This document shows positions 9,158 through 17,024 of a DNA stretch of 64,000 bases, piece by piece (the stretch's first letter is position 1; every line of letters starts with the position of its first letter). The notes under the pieces were generated by a model. That model did no database searches and was not told the DNA's origin. It saw only the letters and a list, made by a program, of their open reading frames with translations. The stretch is from Anaerolineae bacterium (GTDB lineage Bacteria > Chloroflexota > Anaerolineae > Epilineales > Epilineaceae), in assembly GCA_038913135.1 (NCBI GenBank), contig JBCLES010000003.1, positions 27,696 to 91,695 on the forward strand, given 5' to 3'. A program made the position numbers and the translations under genes.

Positions 9158-9957
9158 GATCTCCGTTCGACCGGCGGATTACCCTGGCAACTAGCGATGA
9201 TCGTCCTCCCAAGATCGCGGTGCGCGGACTGACGATCCGTTACGGGGACAAGATCGCGCTCAACGACGTCACACTCGACATCCCGTCCAACGAGATTCTC
9301 GGGATCATAGGGCCGGCCAACAGCGGCAAGACTTCGTTCCTGCGTGCGCTGAATCGCATGGACGAATTTACGCCGGGCATGCGCGTGGACGGCGGAATTT
9401 TGCTCGACGGCAGAGACGTGCGAACGTGGCGGAACTTATACGCGCTGCGACGGCGGATCGGTGTCGTCTTCCCGTTACCGGTCGGCCTTCCGCTTAGTGT
9501 CTATGACAATGTGGCGCTCTCTCCGCGCTTGGCGGGCACGAAGAAGACCGGCGAGCTAGATGTGATCGTGGAGCGCTGCCTGCGGCGCGCCGCGCTGTGG
9601 GACGAGGTGAAAGACCGGTTGAATTCGCTCGGCAGCCTGCTGTCCGGTGGGCAGCAGCAACGCCTCACGATAGCCCGAGCGCTGTCACAGGATCCCGACG
9701 TGCTCCTGCTTGACGAATTCTCGATCGCCATCGATCCGGTCACGACCATGCGTATCGAGGACGTGCTCGCGACTCTGAAGGACGAGATTACGATCGTGCT
9801 CGTTACAAACCTAGTCCAGCAGGCGCGGCGGCTGGCTTCCCGCACCGCGTTCTTCCTGGGAGGCGAGCTTATCGAGGTGGGTGAAACCGAGCCGATGTTC
9901 GAAGGCCACGTAGTCGATACGCGGACGCTCGACTACTTGGAGGGCCGCTTTGGTTGA
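9154..9957 (+). CDS. pstB: PstB-like ATPase paralog with intact LSGGQ signature but degenerate Q-loop and H-loop
   Basis: The track ORF (8809-9957) overlaps pstA in another frame, so it is trimmed to GTG at 9154 (GTGA overlap with the pstA stop); the start is uncertain. Walker A GPANSGKT, Q-loop position VVFPLP (Q to P), signature LSGGQQQR, Walker B LLLDEF, H-loop position VTNLVQQA (H to N). Confidence 0.8.
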   Translation: MRSPFDRRITLATSDDRPPKIAVRGLTIRYGDKIALNDVTLDIPSNEILGIIGPANSGKTSFLRALNRMDEFTPGMRVDGGILLDGRDVRTWRNLYALRRRIGVVFPLPVGLPLSVYDNVALSPRLAGTKKTGELDVIVERCLRRAALWDEVKDRLNSLGSLLSGGQQQRLTIARALSQDPDVLLLDEFSIAIDPVTTMRIEDVLATLKDEITIVLVTNLVQQARRLASRTAFFLGGELIEVGETEPMFEGHVVDTRTLDYLEGRFG

Positions 9958-10729
9958 GCCCGCGGAGGATCGCGTGGACGCAATCCGGACGCGCGACCTC
10001 AACCTTTGGTACGGGACGTTCCAAGCGCTGTTCGACGTGAACCTCGGGATTCCGAAGGGCAGGATCACGTCGTTGATCGGACCGTCGGGCTGCGGCAAGT
10101 CGACGTTTCTTCGCTGCGTCAACCGCATCAACGAGCGTCTCGGCTATGTGCGCACAACCGGCAGCATCGACGTCCTTGGACACGACATCTACGCGCCCGA
10201 GGTAGAACTGGTCCAGGTGCGACGACAGGTCGGCATGGTGTTCCAGCGGCCGAACCCTCTTCCGCTGACCATCCGCGAAAACGTGCTCTTTGGACATCGG
10301 CTCCACGGCGATCGCGGCGGCGGCCCGACCGAAGAAGAAATCCTGGAAAGCGCACTGCGGACCGTGCTTCTATGGGATACCCTTAAAGACAGACTCGATC
10401 AGCCGGCAACCGGACTGCTGCTCGAGGAGCAACAGAAACTATGCATAGCCCGCCTGCTGCCTGTGAAGCCGAGCGTTCTGCTGATGGACGAGCCATGCTC
10501 CGCCCTAGATCCGAAGGGCACCGAGGCGGTCGAAGAACTCTTGTGGGAGCTTCGCGGCGAATTCACAATCCTTATCGTCACGCACAACATGGCCCAGGCA
10601 AGGCGGGCGAGCGAAGAATGCATCTTCATGCTCCTGGGCAAGGTGATCGAGCACGAATCGACAGAACAGCTATTTCTGACGCCGAACGATGAACTGACGG
10701 CGGACTACATCGAGGGTCGATATGGTTGA
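9950..10729 (+). CDS. pstB: PstB ATPase with consensus nucleotide-binding motifs but degenerate signature motif
   Basis: Walker A GPSGCGKST, Q-loop VGMVFQRPNP, Walker B LLMDEPCSALDP, H-loop VTHNMAQA. The LSGGQQQR position reads LLLEEQQK. TTG start overlaps the end of the preceding pstB. Confidence 0.85.
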   Translation: MVEPAEDRVDAIRTRDLNLWYGTFQALFDVNLGIPKGRITSLIGPSGCGKSTFLRCVNRINERLGYVRTTGSIDVLGHDIYAPEVELVQVRRQVGMVFQRPNPLPLTIRENVLFGHRLHGDRGGGPTEEEILESALRTVLLWDTLKDRLDQPATGLLLEEQQKLCIARLLPVKPSVLLMDEPCSALDPKGTEAVEELLWELRGEFTILIVTHNMAQARRASEECIFMLLGKVIEHESTEQLFLTPNDELTADYIEGRYG

Positions 10730-10751
10730 TCCAACGTCCGAACGCTGATCG

Positions 10752-11972
10752 ATGGCGCGAATCCACGTCGTTGAGAGCGAGCGCGATGACGGCACCCCGT
10801 TCTTGCGCGGCATGCTCACCCGATCCCTACAGGAAGCTGGCCTCTCTTTCGAGGAGGCCTACGAGCTAGCTTCGTCCATCCGCGACGAGCTTTCCAACAA
10901 AGCGAAGATCACGCGCCAAGAACTTCGGAAACTGGTCAAAGAGCGCTTGAAGAATCGCTACGGCGAAGAGGCCGCCGCCCGCTACGACGCGATGCTTCAG
11001 CCGCCCGGGACAATCACGGTACGCAGCTCCGGTGATGATCCCCAGCCGTTCTCGCGCGGTCAGTTGCGTCGGCACCTGGAGTCATGCGGCCTGACTGGCG
11101 AAGAGGCCACGCTGCTCACGGCCGATATTTTCAATCACCTGGTCACACACAGTGTCACCGAGATCGGCTCAGACGATCTCGGACTCATTACCTATGATCG
11201 CCTCGGCCGCCGATTCGGGGCACAGGCTGCGCTCCGATACCTGACCTGGTCGCACTTTCGGCGAGGAGATCGCCCACTTCTGCTCCTTGTCGGAGGCGTT
11301 CCAGGCTGTGGGAAGAGCACCGTAGCGACCGAGGTTGCGCACCGACTGGAAATTGTGCGCACCCAGTCGAGCGACATGCTTCGTGAAGTCATGCGGATGA
11401 TGATCTCGGAGCAGCTCCTGCCCGTGCTGCACACGTCTTCCTACGCGGCGTGGGAGACTTTGCCGAGCCGCGCGTCCGTGAGGGCTAAGCACTCCGATCA
11501 AGTCGAGGACGGGTATCGCGCGCAAGCCCACCTTGTCTCCGGTGCCTGCGAAGCGATCATCCAGCGTGCCTTGACCGAGCGGGTCTCTCTCATCCTCGAG
11601 GGCGTCCACATTCTGCCTTCGCTGCGCGACGTCTTGCCCGATGAGAGTGATGCCGTAGTCGTACCGATCATGCTGGCGGCGCTCCGCAAATCGGAACTTA
11701 GGGAGCGGATTGTCGGTCGAGGTCGTCTAGCCTCGAACCGAAGAGCCGAACGCTATCTGACCCACTTCGACGATATCTGGCACATGCAATCATTCCTGCT
11801 TACGGAAGCCGACCAGCGCGATGTCCCGATCATCGAAAACGTCGTCTTGGAGAGGACCGTTCAGCTGGTCATTACGACGGTGGTCGACACGCTGGTCAGG
11901 GAGCGCGAGCTTGAGCCAGGCGAGGTATTCCCTACGGGCCGGCCGTTCGTCGAGCGCTCGAGCAATCGATGA
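10752..11972 (+). CDS. 2-phosphoglycerate-kinase-like P-loop kinase with two ATP-cone-like N-terminal modules
   Basis: Two ATP-cone-like segments (IHVVESERDDGTPFLRGMLTRSLQEAGLSFEEAYELA...; ITVRSSGDDPQPFSRGQLRRHLESCGLTGEEATLL...), then LLLLVGGVPGCGKSTVATEVAHRL (Walker A). This architecture is known from COG2074-type 2PGK proteins. Confidence 0.65.
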   Translation: MARIHVVESERDDGTPFLRGMLTRSLQEAGLSFEEAYELASSIRDELSNKAKITRQELRKLVKERLKNRYGEEAAARYDAMLQPPGTITVRSSGDDPQPFSRGQLRRHLESCGLTGEEATLLTADIFNHLVTHSVTEIGSDDLGLITYDRLGRRFGAQAALRYLTWSHFRRGDRPLLLLVGGVPGCGKSTVATEVAHRLEIVRTQSSDMLREVMRMMISEQLLPVLHTSSYAAWETLPSRASVRAKHSDQVEDGYRAQAHLVSGACEAIIQRALTERVSLILEGVHILPSLRDVLPDESDAVVVPIMLAALRKSELRERIVGRGRLASNRRAERYLTHFDDIWHMQSFLLTEADQRDVPIIENVVLERTVQLVITTVVDTLVRERELEPGEVFPTGRPFVERSSNR

Positions 11973-12126
11973 TCGGCCCGTGTGAGGAAAGTTGGGCGAC
12001 CGTAAAGATCATCGTCGCGAAGGTTGCCGAGCGTCATCAATGGATGCCGTCGCTTGGCTCAAGCGCTCACCTGAACCCGGCAAAAGCTGGCATCAGATGC
12101 TCCGTGTTGGACCGAAAGGTACAAGT

Positions 12127-12948
12127 TCAAATCGGCACGCCGGATTCAATTTCCGTTTCGATTGCCGGTTCGCTTTCCGTTGCGCGTTGAACGCTGCGCT
12201 TCTCCCACTCCTCGTCGGTGATCATAGTCACGACGCGATAGGACTCTACGAATTCGTGCGGTGTGTCCTTGGCGGCATTCGACGCCCACTCGCGCACCGT
12301 CTTTTCCGGATCCCACTCTGCGAGCTGGCTCTTGTGCTTACGGAGTGAGCGCAGTTTGTCCTCCAGCGTGTCGGAGATATCGACGACGGTTGAGCCCGGC
12401 CCGTTGAACGAAACCACGAATAGCTTTCGTACTTTGTGGGCGTTCAGACCTTCTTGTTCAAGTTCGGAGAAGACCAAGGGTTGGCCGGAGGCTGGAAAGA
12501 CAGCATCGACCGCCGCGACTCCGACTGCCCGATGGTCCGGATGGTTGACATAGGCTTCCGAAATGAACATGGCGGTTGGATCGAACGTCACCACCGCTTC
12601 GGGCTTAAAACGCCGAATCTCGCGCACGAGGCGCCTCCGGAGGTCGAGCGTGTTCACGACCGTGCCGTCTGGCTCGCGGAGAAAAGTCACATCCGTGACG
12701 CCAATCTCGGCCGCGGCTTCGGTCTGCTCGGTCTCTCGTATCTGGGCAGCGCGCTCGCGGGTCATGCCCGGCTCGTCGATACCGACATCGCCGCTTGTGA
12801 CGAGAACATATGCGACCTCGGCGCCGCCGGCCTTCCATCGCGCCGCGGTACCTGCACAGCCGAATTCGATGTCGTCCGGATGAGCGACGATGAACATGGC
12901 GCGGGCGGGGATATAGCCGTCGTCCTTGCGGAGTTCAGCGTCGCTCAT
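12127..12948 (-). CDS. PIG-L/LmbE family N-acetylglucosaminyl deacetylase
   Basis: [13 protein letters not shown] motif near the N-terminus plus a downstream HPDH motif; 273 aa. Confidence 0.85.
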   Translation of the reverse strand: MSDAELRKDDGYIPARAMFIVAHPDDIEFGCAGTAARWKAGGAEVAYVLVTSGDVGIDEPGMTRERAAQIRETEQTEAAAEIGVTDVTFLREPDGTVVNTLDLRRRLVREIRRFKPEAVVTFDPTAMFISEAYVNHPDHRAVGVAAVDAVFPASGQPLVFSELEQEGLNAHKVRKLFVVSFNGPGSTVVDISDTLEDKLRSLRKHKSQLAEWDPEKTVREWASNAAKDTPHEFVESYRVVTMITDEEWEKRSVQRATESEPAIETEIESGVPI

Positions 12949-13216
12949 AAGGAAACCTCGTTCTGGTTGAGAATCATGCCTTCGGGAAGTTGATCGGCCT
13001 GGCGGAGTACCAGCCGAAGTTCAAGTTTAGCGTTGCATCGACGCCGTTACATCGATGTCGCAAAGTGGTCGCGTCGCTGGCGCCGAGTGTACACGTCGGA
13101 TTGTCACACCGATATACTTGGGCCATGATGAACCCTGAAGTGCGGCTAGCCGCGCGACACGAATGGCGTAATGAGCTTCGGAACCGCTTGTGCCTCTACA
13201 CAGGCCGAGGGGCGCT

Positions 13217-13822
13217 ATGATGGCGGTGGCGCTACCTGAGTCCGTGCGTAACGCATGGGGCGAGTCAGTTGCGCGTGACTTTAGCGCATGGTTCGAGGCG
13301 ACTTTGAGCGAGCGAACAATAAGCCGCCAAGAATTGGAGGCGCAATTCGGAGAAATCCGAGACGCGATCGTCGGTCTGCGTTCGGACATGAACGAGCGCT
13401 TTGCCGCGCTGGACGCGCGCTTCCTCGAGTTAGAAGGGCGCTTCCTCGAATTAGAAGGGCGCTTCGACGGGTTGGAAAGGCGCTTCACCGTGCTTGAAGG
13501 GCGCTTCGACGGGTTGGAGAGACTGTTCACTGTGCTTGAAGGGCGCTTCGACGGGTTGGAGAGACGGTTCGACGGGTTGGATGAGCGCTTCGACCGCACT
13601 CAGGCTCTTTTCGACCAACGCTTTGACTCTCAGAGCGCGGAACTCGCGCGGCGCTTCGACACGCAGAACGACCGACTCGATGCACGTTTCGCCCGGATCG
13701 ACGAGCGCTTCGAGCGACTCGACGAACGCTTGCTTGTCCAGATGCGATGGTCGATAGGAATCCTCGCACTCTTCGGCTCGTTGATAACGGTTTTGCTCGG
13801 AGCACAGACGTTTCTTCCGTAG
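13217..13822 (+). CDS. Tail-anchored coiled-coil protein built from tandem heptads (RF-x-x-LE-x)
   Basis: ATG at 13217 after GAGGGG. The centre reads RFLELEGRFLELEGRFDGLERRFTVLEGRFDGLERLFTVLEGRFDGLERRFDGLDERFDR..., and the C-terminal TM helix is WSIGILALFGSLITVLLGA. Resembles DUF1640/Bdr-like architectures, by impression only. Confidence 0.7.
   Translation: MMAVALPESVRNAWGESVARDFSAWFEATLSERTISRQELEAQFGEIRDAIVGLRSDMNERFAALDARFLELEGRFLELEGRFDGLERRFTVLEGRFDGLERLFTVLEGRFDGLERRFDGLDERFDRTQALFDQRFDSQSAELARRFDTQNDRLDARFARIDERFERLDERLLVQMRWSIGILALFGSLITVLLGAQTFLP
13397..13735 (+). repeat. Tandem 21-bp (heptad-encoding) repeat array, near-perfect core 13418-13597
   Basis: Repeated units cgcttc-nnnnnn-ttagaaggg / cgcttcgacgggttggag read directly. 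A 42-bp higher-order unit (cgcttcaccgtgcttgaagggcgcttcgacgggttggagaga) occurs twice. Confidence 0.85.
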
Positions 13823-14061
13823 CACGCCTTATCTGCGACTTACATAGCCCGCGCATATGCAGAATCGACCGCGATCGTATGCCAGACTGCGGTCGCTCTC
13901 GCCGCCCACGATGATCCGACATTGTTCGGCTGGATGCGGTCGATCAGGACAGCGCGCTACAGGGGTAGGCGCGCAGCCACGGGTCAGGTGTCGCAGGCTC
14001 GACGCGATCTCGGCGCGTACTCGTCGCAAACCGGCATTCGCTTCGCGACACATCGGTCATC

Positions 14062-15126
14062 ATGTCAGCCGCGATGCTCGTGCATAGTTCGTTCAAAGTC
14101 GTAATCGCCGGATGCAGGGTCGATGTCGCGTGTGACGACGAGCGAATCGACGCCGCGCTGAAGGCAGTGTTCGCACGCTGCATAGCCAACTCCAACACGG
14201 AATACCTCAGCCCGATGAGCCTTCCGAGCCGGAATCCGGCATCTGAGGTGCGCGTTGCGGTCCTAGTCGGTGGCCCCATCGGTCCAAGGGTCGAACTCGA
14301 TGACGTCGTCGAGCGCGTAGCGTCGGTTCCACGCCTGGTCGAGGTCGCGCGGCGTGCAATCGCCCAGAAGGCGGCTGCTGGGGAGTTCGAGCCGTCCTGC
14401 CGTCGCGGCGCCCGCCGCGTTCCGGACGTTGTCGGCCGAACGCTTCACGCTGCGGCCATCGAACATTGTGGCCGCGCGCTCTTGCTCGTAGGACCATCCG
14501 GTGCCGGCAAGACGACATTGGCTCTCGAACTGGTCCGGCGCGGTCGCCGGCTGCTAGCGGACGACTTCACTTTGCTGGGCATCGACGGTAAAGCGCTCGC
14601 CTGTCCGGTCGCGGCGCGGATCGACCGTGGCACGGTGCTGAAGCTCGGCCTCGGCGCATACGAGCCGCTCAGGGACTGGGCGGCCATCCCGACTTTGGAT
14701 GACGATGGGCGACCTGCTTGGCTGATAGATCCGGCGGTAATGCCTGGCGTCGTGTTGGCTGAGCGGGCGGTGCTCCAAAGTATCGTGATCTTGCGACGCC
14801 TCGGTCCAGCCGGCGCGCAGATCGAACGGAACCGGCACCGATTCGGCCCCATGCGGCGATTGAGTTCGAGAGACGCTTTGCCGGCACTGTTACCCTTTGA
14901 CCTCACTCTCGCTGGGCAGCGGCGCCGCGGCGCTGACGAAGCCGAGGCCGTTCACTCATCTATGGTGGGCCTTGGCCGAGCGCTGGACGCGTCGCGGGCG
15001 GAGGTCTTCGAGATCGGCTTTGCGCCGGACTCGTCTCCGTCGGCAGCTCCAAACCTCGACGCCAGCAGTGCCGATCCGCTGCTCGATTTTCTGGAAGGCC
15101 TGGTCTCGTCGAGCGGCGTGCGATGA
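14062..15126 (+). CDS. HprK-related serine kinase (HPr kinase C-terminal-domain-like P-loop protein)
   Basis: LLLVGPSGAGKTTLALELVRRGRRLLADDFTLL matches the P-loop plus LADD core of the HPr kinase/phosphorylase C-terminal domain. Stop overlaps the next start (ATGA at 15123-15126). Confidence 0.7.
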   Translation: MSAAMLVHSSFKVVIAGCRVDVACDDERIDAALKAVFARCIANSNTEYLSPMSLPSRNPASEVRVAVLVGGPIGPRVELDDVVERVASVPRLVEVARRAIAQKAAAGEFEPSCRRGARRVPDVVGRTLHAAAIEHCGRALLLVGPSGAGKTTLALELVRRGRRLLADDFTLLGIDGKALACPVAARIDRGTVLKLGLGAYEPLRDWAAIPTLDDDGRPAWLIDPAVMPGVVLAERAVLQSIVILRRLGPAGAQIERNRHRFGPMRRLSSRDALPALLPFDLTLAGQRRRGADEAEAVHSSMVGLGRALDASRAEVFEIGFAPDSSPSAAPNLDASSADPLLDFLEGLVSSSGVR

Positions 15127-17024
15127 TGCACTTCCGCTCCTTCGACGCGCGTCCGATCCGTGAGGACGACATGAACGTGGCTGTGTCGCAATTGAAGGCG
15201 GCGGGCGGTATCGCCCGGATCGTGGTCGTGGGCGAAAGTATGCGCCCCACACTAAGGGACGGCGACGTGGTCCGCATTCGGGCGGGTGAGCGAGCGAGAA
15301 CCGGCGACATCGTGATTGCGCGCGGCATGTCCGGACTAATCGTCCACCGCGTGATCTCGGCAACTGCCGAGGGCATCGTCCTTCGGGGAGACGCGACGCC
15401 GCATGCCGATCCGGCGATGCCGCATGCGGCAATCCTTGGGCGCGTCGTCGCGATCGACGGCAGGGCTAGAGCTCGAGGATCGACTTGCTCGTCTGCATGC
15501 GCGATTGTCGACCGCGGGGCTGGGACGCGAGGATCGACTTGCTCGTCTGCATGCGCGATGGTCGACGACCAAGTTCGCGCACGCCGCCTCGACGGTCTCG
15601 CCGAGCTGGTGGTCGGGCGAGCAACTGCTGGTTGGAGTCGAGCGCAGTATCTGTCCGATCGTTGGCCGTCGCGGCCCCGCCCGTCCGCAATCCCAAGGTT
15701 CGCTCTCTCGCTCAGCCGCCGGATCTCGCCGCCGATCCCGATGTTGGACGCCCTGCTTCTGATCCTCATCCGCCCGGATTTGGATTCCAAGACGGCATAT
15801 GAAGTTGTAGATCGCGCCGCCTGCCTTGCCGCCGCCCTCGATGTCCTGTCTCGCCCCGCTTGCCTTGCGGGCACCCGCGATCCCTTCGATCGCCCCGCCC
15901 ATCCGGCGTCGAAGCAGCTATCGAACGCCCGAGCCGCGAGGGCCGAGAACCCAGGTCAGGGCGGTGTGAATTCGAACCGCCTGGTCGCCCTCGCACACCG
16001 CTGGCAAGTGGGTCCGATTGCTTTCATCGGGGCGAAGCGGTTGTCGGAGGCGGGCGTCGACTTATCGATCGAGATCTTCGACGGCCTGCGGCGGCTGTAT
16101 GCGCTCAACCACGCGCGTCAGCACAGGGTTGTCCTGCCCGCACTCGCCGCCCAGCTAGACGCACTCACTGTAATCGGGATCGAGCCAATGGCGCACAAGG
16201 GCGCAGCTCTCGTCGCCGGCGTATACCCCGATGCAGCACTCCGCGTTATCGGCGACATCGACCTGTCCGTTCGAGATGCCGATCTGGAACGCGCCGAATC
16301 GGAAGTGAGATATCTCCGTGAAGAATTGGTGCGAACCGATCCGGTCCGGCGCGATCCTGACGGTATGCATGTGGAGCTCGACGGCGAGGCACATCACGAC
16401 GTCGATCCGGCGCACGGAGTGAATCCCCGCGGGCGCTGGGCAGCGGAGCAATTGGACTGGCGCGCTGTGTGGGAGCGCGCCGAACGCGCTGCGCTGCCGG
16501 ACGGGCGCTCGGTGCTGGTACCGTGCCCCACCGATCTCGTCCTCACCCTGGTCGCCAATGCGGCCCGGCGCGGCATGCGCCCACCGCGCCTGATCGTCGA
16601 CCTAGCATGGGCCGTTCATGTGGTCGGTGAACGTATGGATTGGGTGGCGTTCGAACGCCGCGCCCGCCGCTCCGGCTTGGACCGGCGAGCATGGATTGTG
16701 CTCGATCTTGCGCGCGCGTGGTTCGGGGCGCAGATACCGGCCACGCTTCTCGAACCGCCTCCGCGGCTCCGGATGGCCGGCTACGAGCGCTCGATGGTCG
16801 GGCGTCGTCGCAAGCGGCCTGACGCGCGGCTGCCGACTCGGGTGCTGTGGGCTGGTTCCTATCGCGCCGCCGTTGTAATCGGCCTAAAGCTCATTCGGGC
16901 TGAAGGCTCGCGCAGAATTGTGTTGGCATGGTCCGCTGCTTCTCGGAGTATCATGGCGACCGTGCGCGGACGTTGGAGTATCCTCTGTCGCGCAGGCTTG
17001 ACACTTCGGAGGTGGATCAGATGA
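15123..17024 (+). CDS. Fusion of a signal-peptidase/LexA-fold (S26/S24) peptidase domain and an uncharacterised nucleotidyltransferase (NTP_transf_5-like) domain
   Basis: N-terminus VVGESMRPTLRDGDVV...GDIVIARGMSGLIVHRV (Ser nucleophile context plus HRV). From the internal ATG at 15741, MLDALLLILIRPDLD..., HKGAALVAGVY..., GDIDLSVRDADLERAE are typical of the PF14907-type NTase family. The two domains are joined by a ~95-aa low-complexity linker containing a duplication. Confidence 0.65.
   Translation: MMHFRSFDARPIREDDMNVAVSQLKAAGGIARIVVVGESMRPTLRDGDVVRIRAGERARTGDIVIARGMSGLIVHRVISATAEGIVLRGDATPHADPAMPHAAILGRVVAIDGRARARGSTCSSACAIVDRGAGTRGSTCSSACAMVDDQVRARRLDGLAELVVGRATAGWSRAQYLSDRWPSRPRPSAIPRFALSLSRRISPPIPMLDALLLILIRPDLDSKTAYEVVDRAACLAAALDVLSRPACLAGTRDPFDRPAHPASKQLSNARAARAENPGQGGVNSNRLVALAHRWQVGPIAFIGAKRLSEAGVDLSIEIFDGLRRLYALNHARQHRVVLPALAAQLDALTVIGIEPMAHKGAALVAGVYPDAALRVIGDIDLSVRDADLERAESEVRYLREELVRTDPVRRDPDGMHVELDGEAHHDVDPAHGVNPRGRWAAEQLDWRAVWERAERAALPDGRSVLVPCPTDLVLTLVANAARRGMRPPRLIVDLAWAVHVVGERMDWVAFERRARRSGLDRRAWIVLDLARAWFGAQIPATLLEPPPRLRMAGYERSMVGRRRKRPDARLPTRVLWAGSYRAAVVIGLKLIRAEGSRRIVLAWSAASRSIMATVRGRWSILCRAGLTLRRWIR
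15474..15566 (+). repeat. In-frame 54-bp-period direct duplication (two 39-bp copies, 1 mismatch)
   Basis: cgaggatcgacttgctcgtctgcatgcgcgat(t/g)gtcgac at 15474-15512 and 15528-15566. It encodes RGSTCSSACA(I/M)VD twice. Confidence 0.9.

Noticed and set aside
13027-13599. 190-aa minus-strand ORF with PSNRLSNPSKRPS repeats
   Set aside because: It is the reverse-complement reading of the heptad repeat array. The plus-strand frame gives a coherent coiled coil plus a TM anchor with an RBS.
13397-13735. Regular short repeats that might be taken for a CRISPR array
   Set aside because: The 21-bp period has no unique spacers. The repeats are contiguous, in-frame and coding, and no cas genes are present in the window.
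14960-15874. 304-aa minus-strand ORF
   Set aside because: Antisense to the HprK-like and peptidase-NTase genes. Its internal repeat (STIAHADEQVDPR twice) is only the mirror of the 54-bp duplication.
14062-17024. Calling the locus a lasso-peptide biosynthetic cluster
   Set aside because: HprK-like kinase and PF14907-like NTase are only accessory enzymes. No cyclase, leader protease, RRE/PqqD or precursor is visible, so the specific call cannot be supported.
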